NCBI GenBank assembly: GCA_950097015.1 | Contig: CATNEN010000039.1 | Span: 1,240,001-1,304,000 of the forward strand | Source of the DNA: Macrostomum hystrix | Lineage: Eukaryota > Animalia > Platyhelminthes | Direction of reading: 5' to 3' | Length of the DNA: 64,000 bases | Shown here: positions 12,766 to 26,096 of the stretch, one piece after another | Layout of the letters: the number at the start of each line of letters is the position of its first letter | How positions within the stretch are numbered: the stretch's first letter is position 1 | Made by a program: the position numbers and the translations under genes | Notes under the pieces: generated by a model | The model's database searches: none | The model's input: the letters and a program-made list of their open reading frames with translations, nothing else | Told to the model about the DNA's origin: nothing

Positions 12766-15516
12766 CTGTGATCTACAGAATCAACAAGCTGTGATCTACA
12801 GAATCAACAAGCTGTGATCTACAGAATCAACAAGCTGTGATCTACAGAATCAACAAGCTGTGATCTACAGAATCAACAAGCTGTGATCTACAGAATCAAC
12901 AAGCTGTGATCTACAGAATCAACAAGCTGTGATCTACAGAATCAACAAGCTGTGATCTACAGAATCAACAAGCTGTGATCTACAGAATCAACAAGCTGTG
13001 ATCTACAGAATCAACAAGCTGTGATCTACAGAATCAACAAGCTGTGATCTACAGAATCAACAAGCTGTGATCTACAGAACCAACAAGCTGTGATCTACAG
13101 AACCAACAAGCTGTGATCTACAAAACCAACAAGCACCAACAAGCTATGATCTACAGAACCAACAATAATCAACAAGCTATGATCTACAGAACCAACAAGA
13201 ATCAACAAGCTGTGATTTACAGAACCAACAAGAATCAACAAGCTGTGATCTACAGAACCAACAAGCTGTGATCTACAGAATCAACAAGCTGTGATCTAAA
13301 GAATCAACAAGCTGTGATCTACAAAACCAACAAGCACCAACAAGCTATGATCTACAGAACCAACAATAATCAACAAGCTATGATCTACAGAACCAACAAG
13401 AATCAACAAGCTGTGATTTACAGAACCAACAAGAATCAACAAGCTGTGATCTACAGAATCAACAAGCTGTGATCTACAGAATCAACAAGCTGTGATCTAC
13501 AGAACCAACAAGCTGTGATCTACAGAACCAACAAGCTGTGATCTACAAAACCAACAAGCACCAACAAGCTATGATCTACAGAACCAACAATAATCAACAA
13601 GCTATGATCTACAGAACCAACAAGAATCAACAAGCTGTGATTTACAGAACCAACAAGAATCAACAAGCTGTGATCTACAGAACCAACAAGCTGTGATCTA
13701 CAGAATCAACAAGCTGTGATCTAAAGAATCAACAAGCTGTGATCTACAGAACCAACAAGCTGTGATCTACAGAACCAACAAGATGTGATCTACAGAATCA
13801 ACAAGCTGTCATCTACAGAACCAACAAGCTGTGATCTACAGAATCAACAAGCTGTGATCTACAGAACCAACAAGCTGTGATCTACAGAACCAACAAGCTG
13901 TGATCTACAGAATCAACAAGAATCAACAAGCTGTGATCTACAGAACCAACAAGATGTGATCTACAGAATCAACAAGCTGTCATCTACAGAACCAACAAGC
14001 TGTGATCTACAGAACCAACAAGCTGTGCTCTACAGAACCAACAAGCTGTGATCTACAAAACCAACAAGCACCAACAAGCTATGATCTACAGAACCAACAA
14101 TAATCAACAAGCTATGATCTACAGAACCAACAAGAATCAACAAGCTGTGATTTACAGAACCAACAAGAATCAACAAGCTGTGATCTACAGAACCAACAAG
14201 CTGTGATCTACAGAATCAACAAGCTGTGATCTAAAGAATCAACAAGCTGTGATCTACAAAACCAACAAGCACCAACAAGCTATGATCTACAGAACCAACA
14301 ATAATCAACAAGCTATGATCTACAGAACCAACAAGAATCAACAAGCTGTGATTTACAGAACCAACAAGAATCAACAAGCTGTGATCTACAGAATCAACAA
14401 GCTGTGATCTACAGAATCAACAAGCTGTGATCTACAGAACCAACAAGCTGTGATCTACAGAACCAACAAGCTGTGATCTACAAAACCAACAAGCACCAAC
14501 AAGCTATGATCTACAGAACCAACAATAATCAACAAGCTATGATCTACAGAACCAACAAGAATCAACAAGCTGTGATTTACAGAACCAACAAGAATCAACA
14601 AGCTGTGATCTACAGAACCAACAAGCTGTGATCTACAGAATCAACAAGCTGTGATCTAAAGAATCAACAAGCTGTGATCTACAGAACCAACAAGCTGTGA
14701 TCTACAGAACCAACAAGATGTGATCTACAGAATCAACAAGCTGTCATCTACAGAACCAACAAGCTGTGATCTACAGAATCAACAAGCTGTGATCTACAGA
14801 ACCAACAAGCTGTGATCTACAGAACCAACAAGCTGTGATCTACAGAATCAACAAGAATCAACAAGCTGTGATCTACAGAACCAACAAGATGTGATCTACA
14901 GAATCAACAAGCTGTCATCTACAGAACCAACAAGCTGTGATCTACAGAACCAACAAGCTGTGCTCTACAGAACCAACAAGCTGTGATCTACAAAACCAAC
15001 AAGCACCAACAAGCTATGATCTACAGAACCAACAATAATCAACAAGCTATGATCTACAGAACCAACAAGAATCAACAAGCTGTGATTTACAGAACCAACA
15101 AGAATCAACAAGCTGTGATCTACAGAACCAACAAGCTGTGATCTACAGAATCAACAAGCTGTGATCTACAGAACCAACAAGCTGTGATCTACAGAACCAA
15201 CAAGATGTGATCTACAGAATCAACAAGCTGTCATCTACAGAACCAACAAGCTGTGATCTACAGAACCAACAAGCTGTGATCTACAGAACCAACAAGCTGT
15301 GATCTACAGAATCAACAAGAATCAACAAGCTGTGATCTACAGAATCAACAAGCTGTCATCTACAGAACCAACAAGCTGTGATCTACAGAACCAACAAGCT
15401 GTGATCTACAGAACCAACAAGCTGTGATCTACAGAATCAACAAGAATCAACAAGCTGTGATCTACAGAATCAACAAGCTGTCATCTACAGAACCAACAAG
15501 ATGTGATCTACAGAAT
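12766..15516. repeat. 23-bp minisatellite (CTGTGATCTACAGAATCAACAAG)n with 33-bp variant units and a 935-bp higher-order duplication
   Basis: Direct periodicity; rare variant TGCTC at 14026 and 14961. Confidence 0.97.
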
Positions 15517-17023
15517 CTGCCGCCTGTGACCTAAGGAATCTAGATTACGGACACTGCTGTTCTGCCACAACCCTGAAGTTACTCTGAATCTTGAGCGGGT
15601 GGTCCAGAAGATTGGACTAGTAATTCTCTAATGACTAATATCACCTGTTATTATCTGTTGACTGACGTGTTTATAAGGTTCTGCCTGCACATCAACCTAC
15701 GCTAACTTTGTTGAGGAAGCGGAATACGCTTAAAACATCAGGCCAAACGAAAGGACAAAAACAAAAACGGTGCAACATTTAAGTGAATTATTTTTCTCCA
15801 ATAGTAAGGGCCTAGTTTATACCATTGTTTTTATTATCCTGAGCTTCAGGCAATCAAATAGATGACAGAATGGGACCAGCGGGACACAGAATCACCACAG
15901 CAGCCAGAAATCACACACTCAATATCCAAATCTCTGCCGCTACGGTAGGCAGGAAAACCACAGAAAAAGCGGACTCAAATGAGCAGAAAAGCAGACAGGA
16001 TGGGTGTGTGCGCAGACATGCGACAAACAAGCAATAAAATGTGTAAAGCTTATCGGCGAGAAACTGACAACGAACTGAAGCGGATTGCAAAGGCAATTGG
16101 TAAAACATGCGCCAAGGCCGCCCAAATTTGATGGGATTAACTCTGTGTCAAACTTATCCCAGTCAGTCTCACTATACTACTGAGTAAGTAGACGAGTAAG
16201 AGTTAGCTCAGCTTCTTATAAGAATCCTTTAGGCGACCATGTGCTGAATGCAGCAGACAGGACAAGTAGACAGATCAGAAATACTAAGTTAAAGATGAAT
16301 TTTTAATTCTTTAATTATCGCGAGCGCTATGTACAGGTCAGACCGATTGTAAATTTTCCATGCATAAAAGCAATTAAGAGCTCGGAGCCAGCACGAGACA
16401 AGAAAATCCGGCGTTTCCCCGCCGAACAGCTGGCTTCTAAGAAGGATTGAAAAGGATGCACTTTGCTATGAATAGAAAATAGTGAAAAAAGCAGAATTTT
16501 GATTAGCTATTTTGTTAGAATAAAAATCTGAACACACCCACTACCGAAAGTGTTGAGCAGTGTACCGACACCTTGAGCAGAAGAAACAAAAATATATAGA
16601 AATGTCTCTCTGGCAGATAACTTTGCGTCACTCATCCTATTGGCTGTCTTTAATTTTGCTTTGGTCACTAAATAGGAGTAGGAGAAAACATGCGCGAATG
16701 GCTACTGCCAAGTAGAACAAAAGGAAACATATTTATGAATGATTCAGAAAAGCATGGAATTCAAGCATTTATAATAATATTCAACTGAATGATTCAATTA
16801 TTTATGAGAAACTTTATTTCATGCGGGATTATCAGGTGAATTAGCTATAATATTCTCGTATCACCTTAATTAACTGGACAACTCAGCGGGCAAATCTATA
16901 GCTATTTAATAAAAAATGGCTAAGCAGCTAAACTCATGTGACTCCGGGGTCAGTAAGGCCTACTTAAAGTAGTGCAGCTCGGTTGCATTCAATGATTTTA
17001 TCAAATAAAGGCAAACGGCAGTC

Positions 17024-20000
17024 TCAGCAGATGACAATGGACACCGCCGGATCTGGCTGGGGCTTCGGTGGCGGCTGCTGCTGCTGTTGCAGCAGGGTAG
17101 ACCAATTACCGCGACCATTCTTTAGCTGATTGGCCTGCAGGTGCCGTTTCAGGCCCTCCATGACAATGTCCGACGGCTTGCCTGCTTGCCCACAGCTGCC
17201 GCCGCCCTTGGCGTTGCCCTGGCTGCTGCTGCAGGCGGACTTGCCATCGTCTAACTCGTTGTCCGACTCGGAGCTCGGCTCGAACATGCTCAGGTCGTAT
17301 GGCTTGCGCTTCTTCAGCATCTGGTCGATCAGGTGCGGATTGGCCTTCTCCTCGCGCTTGTATTTGCGCTGGAATTGAGGCGGCCGTTTGGCTTGTCAAT
17401 TGCTTTCTAGGCCTTTCTGAGGATCAAGGTCAGAGAGACTTTGCCGCTGGGACTGAGATTCTGGGGATCAGGCAAAAGGGCTTGGGATTAGGTCTTTAGT
17501 TTTAGGTAATCAAGGTCTCAGGGATCAGGGTCTGGTGAGTTTGGGATCAGGGTCTGGTGACTTAGGGATCAACGTCTGGTATCAGTGGCTTTAGGTTTTG
17601 GGGATCAGGGTCTGTTGACTTGGGGATCAGGGTCTGGTGACTTGGGGATCAGGGTCTGTTGACTTGGGGATCAGGGTCTGGTGACTTTGGGATCAGGGTC
17701 TGGTATCAGTGGCTTTAGGTTTTGGGGATCAGGGTCTGGTGACTTGGGGATCAGGGTCTGGTGACTTGGGGATCGGCGTCTGGTATCAGTGGCTTTAGGT
17801 TTTGGGGATCAGGGTCTGGTGACTTGGGGATCAGGGTCTGGTGACTTGGGGATCGGCGTCTGGTATCAGTGGCTTTAGGTTTTGGGGATCAGGGTCTGTT
17901 GACTTGGGGATCAGGGTCTGGTGACTTGGGGATCAGGGTCTGGTGACTTTGAGATCAGGGTCTGGTATCAGTGGCTTTAGGTTTTGGGGATCAGGGTCTG
18001 TTGACTTGGGGATCAGGGTCTGGTGACTTGGGGATCAGGGTCTGGTGACTTTGGGATCAGGGTCTGGTGACTTGGGGATCAGGGTCTGGTGACTTGGGGA
18101 TCGGCGTCTGGTATCAGTGGCTTTAGGTTTTGGGGATCAGGGTCTGGTGACTTGGGGATCAGGGTCTGGTGACTTTGGGATCAGGGTCTGGTATCAGTGG
18201 CTTTAGGTTTTGGGGATCAGGGTCTGGTGACTTGGGGATCAGGGTCTGGTGACTTGGGGATCGGCGTCTGGTATCAGTGGCTTTAGGTTTTGGGGATCAG
18301 GGTCTGGTGACTTGGGGATCAGGGTCTGGTGACTTGGGGATCGGCGTCTGGTATCAGTGGCTTTAGGTTTTGGGGATCAGGGTCTGGTGACTTGGGGATC
18401 AGGGTCTGGTGACTTGGGGATCAGGGTCTGGTGACTTGGGGATCGGCGTCTGGTATCAGTGGCTTTAGGTTTTAGGGATCAAATTCTATTTAAAGGGTTT
18501 TGGCTTTTGGAATTTGGTTTCTGCCGGCTTTTGGAGATCAGGATTGGAGGCTTTTCGGGGATTATGTGGTAGGGATTTGATTATCATGGAAAAATAGTTT
18601 GCTTTTAGTTTGCTTAGGAATAAACTAAGCAAACTTTTCTTGGCTAAGAAGCTAACGAAACTTGTTTGTAATAAGACAACGACTGCAGTGCTCAGGCAGA
18701 GTTCAGACTGCTCACCTTAAGCTCCTCCCTAGACCGGCCCTTGAACAGGCTGGCCATGTAGGAGAAGTCCGTGCCAATGGTGCTGACCGCCTTGTAGAAC
18801 CGCAGCGTCTCCTTATAGCTCCACTGTCGGCCCCTGGCGGCCGAGCCACGGCCTCCGCTGGTCCGGAAGCTGCGATAGGTCGCCCTCAGCTCGGCGCAGT
18901 CCTCGCGCACCTCTTCAACGATGGCCGGCGCAGACTCGCGAATATACAAAGACTCCTCGTTGAGAACAATGTTTCCTCGGCTATCGAGCATCACCTGCGG
19001 CACCAGTCGGCTAGCGGAGGACTCGGACTTCACCGCCGGCTCCTGCTGCGGCTGCGGCGCCGCCTGCTGCTGCTGACTCGGGTTCGCAGAGGTGGGGATC
19101 TCCGGCTCAGTTGCCTGCGAGGATTCGCGGCGCCACTTCGGCGGCGGCTGATCTTTTGGGCACCTGCATGAGGAGCGTTTGCGGGGAGAAGCTGGGTGAG
19201 AGAGGGGAGATTGTGAGGGAGAAGCTGGGTGAGAGAGGGGAGATTGTGAGGGAGAAGCTGGGTGAGAGAGGGGAGATTGTGAGGGAGAAGCTGGGTGAGA
19301 GAGGGGAGATTGTGAGGGAGAAGCTGGGTGAGAGAGGGGAGATTGTGAGGGAGAAGCTGGGTGAGAGAGGGGAGATTGTGAGGGAGAAGCTGGGTGAGAG
19401 AGGGGAGATTGTGAGGGAGAAGCTGGGTGAGAGAGGGGAGATTGTGAGGGAGAAGCTGGGTGAGAGAGGGGAGATTGTGAGGGAGAAGTTGGGTAAGAGG
19501 GGAGAGATTGCGGGGAGAAGTTGGGTAAGAGGGAAGAGATTGCGGGGAGAAGTTGGGTAAGAGGGAAGAGATTGGGTAAGAGATTGCGAGGAGAAGTTGG
19601 GTAAGAGGGGAGAGATTGCGGGGAGAAGTTGGTAGGAGGGAACAGATTAAGACAGAGGGCAAGTTAGTTCAATGTGCTCACCAGTAGATCAGGTCTCGCA
19701 TTTTCATATTTCGCAGACCGCCGCACGGTGTTGACCGCCTCCCCTGCTGCTGCTGCTGCTGAGGCTGCTGCTGCTGTTGCAATTGATGCGCCGGTCGCTT
19801 TCTTTGAAACAAAGTGGCCAAGGCAGACTTCTTTTCGACAGCGGCGGACGAGTCAGCAGCGTTTGTTGCCGCGACTTTTACCGCAGCTGAAGGCTCGCCG
19901 GCGTCGTCTTCGCACTCGTCGTCGGCCTCCTCGCCGTCGGACGATTTGCCGCTGGCGTCGTCGTCCAGATCCACAACCGTAGGGATCTGTTTGCAATTAA

Positions 20001-20337
20001 CCTGCTGCTGCTGGGCGCCAATGCGCAGACTAATTAGGGCTGGCGGCGCTTCGCTTTCCTTGACGATGGTCAGCAGCTCTGGCTGAACATTGCTGGCATC
20101 GATGGCATCGAACAGCTGCGCCAGCTCTGGCTGTTGCTCCTGCTGCTGTTGCTCCTGCTGCTGCTGAGGCGATGGATGTGGAGACAGCAGCTTCTCTGCT
20201 GAATGCTGTTCTACCAAAGCTTTATCATTTGGTTCAAATGCCAGAGGCTGCAACACTGGCGGTGGAGATGCAGTGAAAGGGACCTTGAAGCCATTCACTG
20301 GCTGCTTGTTGACAACTTTTGGCTTGAAGAACTTCAT
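17024..20337 (-). CDS. BDP1: TFIIIB component B double prime (BDP1), about 482 aa; exons 20337-19682, 19163-18716, 17368-17024
   Basis: MKMRDLIYW motif, VPQVMLDSRGNIVLNEESL motif and SANT domain WSYKETLRFYKAVSTIGTDFSYMASLFKGRSREELK|RKYKREEKANPHLIDQML; junction phases 2 and 0 are consistent. Confidence 0.93.
17520..18480. repeat. Composite intronic minisatellite: 22-bp GGGATCAGGGTCTGGTGACTTG alternating with a longer unit containing TATCAGTGGCTTTAGGTTTTG
   Basis: Direct periodicity in BDP1 intron 2. Confidence 0.95.
19183..19635. repeat. 33-bp purine-rich intronic minisatellite (GGGAGAAGCTGGGTGAGAGAGGGGAGATTGTGA)
   Basis: Direct periodicity in BDP1 intron 1. Confidence 0.95.
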
Positions 20338-21897
20338 TGCTTTACTAAAATCCTTGTAGGAGTTTTAGAATACTCCAATATACCAATAGCAATGGTATAT
20401 ACCTTTTCGGTCAATGCTAGCTGATAATTGAATAAGCTAACTGGATGGCCATTAAGCAGGTAGCTCAGATTTATATTTATGAGATGGCTCTGCCTGAAAA
20501 AATGTTTTATAGATTATGTAAAAACAAATCTCTCAACTTTAACCTGCTGGCAACTGGTAAAAAATTATATTATTTATGATTACAAAAATAAAATTTCTAG
20601 AATGCCATAGATTTCTTTATTGTAGTACTAAATACTTTAAACTAAGTAGATAGAATTGTTTAAAGCAAAATATGTTTATTGATTATCTAGATATGACATA
20701 CCATTAATTACTTTCACTTTCAAGCTTAAGTAGCTTACTAGGTTCACTATATGTATTTCTTAATATATACTATTAGTTTTTAGTTATTATATATGCATTT
20801 GGTTACTTACACACTAGGTTCAGTTTTTATTTAGCCAAATTTTGTCTACATGTTAAACTTACTTGGGTATTATATGTTTTGAGTGTTAAAAGCATTTTTC
20901 CTGAGAAGGTAAATATTTATTAAAGAACACAACAAAAATATATCAATTAAAACTCAAATTGAGCATTTACTTTTATTTGTATTGTAATAGTTAAAGTTTT
21001 AAACTAGTAAAAATTGAAAATATATATCCCAACCAGTATTGCATTTTTGCTACAAAATTTTAAGGAAAGAAAAGAAAGAATGTCAATAGTTTAAGCACAA
21101 CATAGTTTTTCTGAATTACTTCACGTTGTTTGTGACTATCATAGTGACAGGGATTGAAATAGCAAGATAGCTATAAGTATAGGTGGGTCTAGCTAGAATA
21201 ATTATATAGGCTAGCCTAGACAGTTCTAATTACTAATAAGACAAAGTATGCATTCAATGTCAAAATATACAAATTGTTAAAAATTGGGCCATCATCTCAA
21301 GTCAGGTTCATTCATCTGGCTAGTATTTGCCGATCTGCCTTATAGTTTCGAGCTGAGCTCAAGGACTACTCAAGTAACGTATATATCTACTTAAGTTGTC
21401 CTTAGCTGAGCTATGCTGCTCTATTGAAAGTAAATTTAGCGGCAATATATATGCCACTGGAAGCACAAATATTAAATACATGTGACACAATTTTCGCACA
21501 CGTTTCATCATATAAATTAGATGTCCTCTAAAAGTTGTTTATAAAAATAGCATAAGCCAAAAGAGTCATTTCGACTTGGTCATGTGACAACGTATAACAA
21601 CAAAAAACTTGTACCTTTATGCCTCTTTACTTCGTTTAATATAAATAGATAGAAGTAAAAAAGTAATATATTAAAATAAATTTCTCTTTCCTAACGTTTT
21701 TTGCAAGTTTTTTAATTTCCAAACTCGAACAACTCCGCAGTCAATTGCATATTAAAAGACACGACGACTCGAGTATCATATCCATATGCGTGGACCTCGG
21801 TGACGATGTAATAAAAATAACCCACCTATATAAAATTTCTAATCTTTTTCTAAATCACAACATGTATTCGATTTTTATCAGCCAGTTTAAGCAGAAC

Positions 21898-22290
21898 TAA
21901 TAATAAATAATAATAATTGACACTAGACCAAAGGGCAGTGCTGCAGGTGTTGTGTCAAGCACACTAGCAGGTGGGGACTGCAGACCTATTTTACTCCCGG
22001 GATCTCTCGGACACCGGTTGACAGCCGCGTGTTAGACATGAAATTTATTTTTACAAACAAATCGGCAGCATCTAAACCCCACAGAATTGCCGCACAGTCG
22101 AACTGCTTTATTCCACGCCAGCCGGAATTATTATTACCCGACAAAATGTCGGTACTCATTTGCAGCTGAGTAGACTGTGTGCACATCAGGGCAAAGCAGC
22201 TTGCCAAAGGCTGCGCGAATAGTTCTACGCTAGGGCGGAAGTCGAACCCAGGACCATGCAGCTGCAGGACCACCAAGCGGAACTACACTT
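21898..22290 (-). mobile_element. tRNA-derived SINE-like element (second family)
   Basis: Minus strand has B-box GGTTCGACTTCC near 22.24 kb, a CORE-like CAGTCTACTCAGCTGCAAATGAGTACC, and a (TTA)n tail at 21.9 kb. Confidence 0.55.
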
Positions 22291-23632
22291 CAAACAAAAA
22301 ATCGCTACGCTAAATGCGAAATCTTTGAAATAATATATTTTTCTTAATGACAACCAGCACCTAAAACTAAATGTTCCTTTTGTGTACATTATATATCTAC
22401 GTACGCTTAATTATCCCCTTAATTAAATTATTGCATGGTTAATTGATAAGAAGCTTCGTTAAAAAAATCGAATCTTTGACTTAATTAATTATTGATGTAC
22501 GATTGTACGAGTATATAAGTTCACATGACTGACTTTTAGTTGGCTTACTAATTTATACGTAAATCATTGTCTGATTGCGGAATTACTATTTGGCTAATAA
22601 GGAAAATGTACTGCGACATTATATTGATGTAACGTTTTAGGGGGTTATAATTATTTTTACAAGTTGAAATAATTATCCCAATAATTTTCCAACCCTTTCC
22701 CCGATCCCGATGACTCACCCTTTTCCTGTGACCTTGAAGCACCAACCCCTCCTCCGGTCGTAAATCGTTTTCATTTTTGTGTTTTTCCCACATGTCAATT
22801 TCACCCACCTCCCTCCTTTTTCATGATTTACGATTTTTTTCAGATTTCTAACGTGCACCCTTCCTTTGTTCTTCGCTCATAAATCATTCTTGCCTGTCAG
22901 CGTACACCCACCTCCCTCCCGTCTCCCTGATCCAAACTGATCCAAACTGATCCAAAAGGATCAGTTGATTCTTTTTGCGCCTGTGTGATTTCCCATTTTC
23001 TTTTTTCATGTTATAAATCATCCTGTAATTTGTCAACTATCATCCATTTAGATCATAAATCATCCTATTCGCCCACCCAACTCCCTTCCCAAACAATCAC
23101 CGTCCGGCTGGCGGAGCACGTGATCTGGTTGTCTGTCAAGGTCGGGCTGGTCACGCGATCACCGCGTGGGTGCGTGACTTTGGCTATTTAAAAAGGAGGT
23201 GGTGGCGACCTCTGGGACAAGCGTTCTTCGAAACGTCTACCGTTCTTCTACCGTCTGTGAACCTGCGTCGTCGTACCATCTTCGACCCCTCTTTGAACCT
23301 CCGTTCGAACCACCTGCTCTAGATTCTGGAACACCGTTCCGGGCTCCTGGACCTCGTCTCCTTCCGTACCACTACGACACCTTTCGAATCCGCTGATACG
23401 ATCCGTTTGTGATCTTCGTGACCTATCGCCGCCTGAGTGACATCTGCCTCTGGTTGAGATCTCGTCTGCCGTGCATCGGTCTGACCATCTGAGCCGTCCT
23501 CGGGCCATCTGAGGCTTACATCCTTGGACAGTGCTGCGTCTCGTCGCCGCCGCCTCCTCACGCCCACCTCTCTCTGAGCCAGAGTTGCACCGCCATCTCG
23601 CCTGACCTGACAGCTAGCACGCGTGCTCCGCG

Positions 23633-24125
23633 GCTGTGGAGTAGGTTTGTGGAGCCTGGCTGTGGAGTAGGTGAGTGGAACCTGGCTGTGGAGTAGGTGA
23701 GTGGAACCTGGCTGTGGAGTAGGTGAGTGGAGCCTTGCTGTGGAGTAGGTGAGTGGAACCTGGCGTGGAGTAGTGAGTGGAGCCTGGCTGTGGAGTAGTT
23801 GAATGGAGCCTGGCTGTGGAGTAGGTGAGTGGAGCCTGGCTGTGGAGTAGGTGAGTGGAACCTGGTTGTGGAGTTAGGTGAGTGGAACCTGGCGTGGAGT
23901 AGTGAGTGGAGCCTGGCTGTGGAGTAGTGAGTGGAGCCTGGCTGTGGAGTAGTTGAATGGAGCCTGGCTGTGGAGTAGGTGAGTGGAGCCTGGCTGTGGA
24001 GTAGGTGAGTGGAACCTGGTTGTGGAGTTAGGTGAGTGGAACCTGGCGTGGAGTAGTGAGTGGAGCCTGGCTGTGGAGTAGTGAGTGGAGCCTGGCTGTG
24101 GAGTAGTTGAATGGAGCCTGGCTGG
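23633..24125. repeat. About 26-bp minisatellite (GGCTGTGGAGTAGGTGAGTGGAGCCT)
   Basis: Direct periodicity with 24-27 bp indel variants. Confidence 0.95.
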
Positions 24126-24404
24126 GGTGTATCCCTCTGCTTGAGCTCACCCAGCTATAGAGCGGGTACCCGAATTGGCTGAGATGTAAATTATGGAACT
24201 TCAAACGCAATTGAGGTGCTATTTCGTGTTATTATTTAATAAAATTTAAGCATATTTAAAATGTAAAATTCGAATGTTCCTACTCACTTCATGGTCCAAG
24301 TAGCATCTGCAGCGCGTGAGCGGAAACAGCAGCCAAACCCGCCCTTTCAAGGCGCATGCTGACCGACCTGGTCGGCCTGGACCTGCTGGAAGCATGGCTC
24401 GGCC

Positions 24405-24748
24405 TCTGAGATTCTCATCCCATCTGAGATTGTCATCCCATCTGAGATTGTCATCCCATCCCATCTGAGATTGTCATCCCATCTGAGATTGTCATCCCAT
24501 CTGAGATTGTCATCCCATCTGAGATTGTCATCCCATCTGAGATTGTCATCCCATCTGAGATTGTCATCCCATCTGAGATTGTCATCCCATCTGAGATTCT
24601 CATCCCATCTGAGGTTCTCATCCCATCTGAGGTTCTCATCCCATCTGAGATTCTCATCCCATCTGAGATTGTCATCCCATCTGAGATTGTCATCCCATCT
24701 GAGATTCTCATCCCATCTGAGATTCTCATCCCTTCTGAGATTCTCATC
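24405..24748. repeat. 18-bp minisatellite (TCTGAGATTGTCATCCCA)
   Basis: Direct periodicity. Confidence 0.95.
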
Positions 24749-24886
24749 GCATAAGCATGTTTTATCATTGACTCGACTGGCTCGCACGGTTTGGCCTTCG
24801 GTGACTGCGGCGGCTGCGACCTTATCAGCGGGCTGCTTTTTCTGGCCTTCCTGCGGCTGGTCGAAACGTGCCCTGATGCCACCGCC

Positions 24887-24900
24887 GTTGCTATGGAAAC
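24887..24900. promoter_or_regulatory. RFX X-box motif GTTGCTATGGAAAC
   Basis: Matches the X-box consensus GTHNYY-AT-RRNAAC; target gene unknown. Confidence 0.35.
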
Positions 24901-25336
24901 AACCCGGCTGAGGCAGGAAGTCGAGAATTGAACTGAATTGTAGATTTGTCAAGTTGCTTTTTTATATGAAATTGTTTCTTTCTTGAAATTGTTTTGCTTT
25001 TGTCTATGGCCGCATCCTATTTGCCCCGTGTTTCCAGTTTTTGAGGCGCTGCGATAACTGCATTGTGGTGATGACAATCTGTTGGATCAAATAATCAATA
25101 AATCAATAAATCAATGGAGGAGGCGCATGGTGGCGTCTGTTGACCACATGTTTTTGTTTTGATTTTCGATTTCTCGGTTCAAGTGGTCAAACCCAAATGA
25201 TGGCTTGGCTCCGTAATGTAAAATACTGAAGCCATTATTGGAGTATTTTTGTTTCCGTTTTTTGTTTACAATAGTGACAGTTTTAATTGTTTGCTTTACA
25301 ACCGGTCATAAACTGCGTATGAATGCCAAGTTACTG

Positions 25337-25337
<1 letters not shown>

Positions 25338-25368
<31 letters not shown>
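25338..25368. repeat. (CAG)n microsatellite, about 10 units
   Basis: Direct. Confidence 0.9.
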
Positions 25369-25369
<1 letters not shown>

Positions 25370-26096
25370 ACATGCCGCAATGAATTAGGAAGCCTTTCAA
25401 GTGTATTTCGCTTTCCACCAGGAGAAGCCCCGCACAGTTCGGGAAAAATCCCTATAAGCAAAGTCTTTATAGCCGTCTTTCTTCATCATCTTCTTCTTTC
25501 GGTTTGTTTATATCTTTGTCAACAAATGTAGCGCTGCATTTTTTCTTAAACTTTACTTTCTGTTCGCATAAGCCGAAGAGCCGATGACGTAACACTGACG
25601 CCCAGGGGATGCCGGAATTGCGATAACAATGTCTGGGAACATTAAAAGCCAAGGTTTTTTGGTTTTGAAAGAATAATTTTTTTAACGGGCTTTGCCTTAT
25701 CGGCCGACACCATCAATCAAGCACTGTGTTAGCCTTATCCGAGGCTTCCTTGTTGTGGGCTCCGCTTTCTGCAGCTCTGAAATTTCCCCGCTTCGCCTTA
25801 GTTCTGATGTTTTTTGCAGTTTTCCTCAATTCTTATCATGGCTTGTCTTTCTGGGCCCATTACTGCAGCTTTTGCATTTTGGGATGCCTGTCCGCGTCAG
25901 GCTTATCAGCTGCCATTATTGGGAGATGAACATACACAATAAAGATTCTTAATGCTTTTCCAATTATGAGACAAGCAGCAGAAACTTTTAGTATAGGATT
26001 TGGGCTCGGACTTAGGCTTCATTGAATCAGAATATGCTAAATTAGCTGCGACTAACAACAAGTAGCTTATCGCTTGATTAGATACCAACGATTAAT

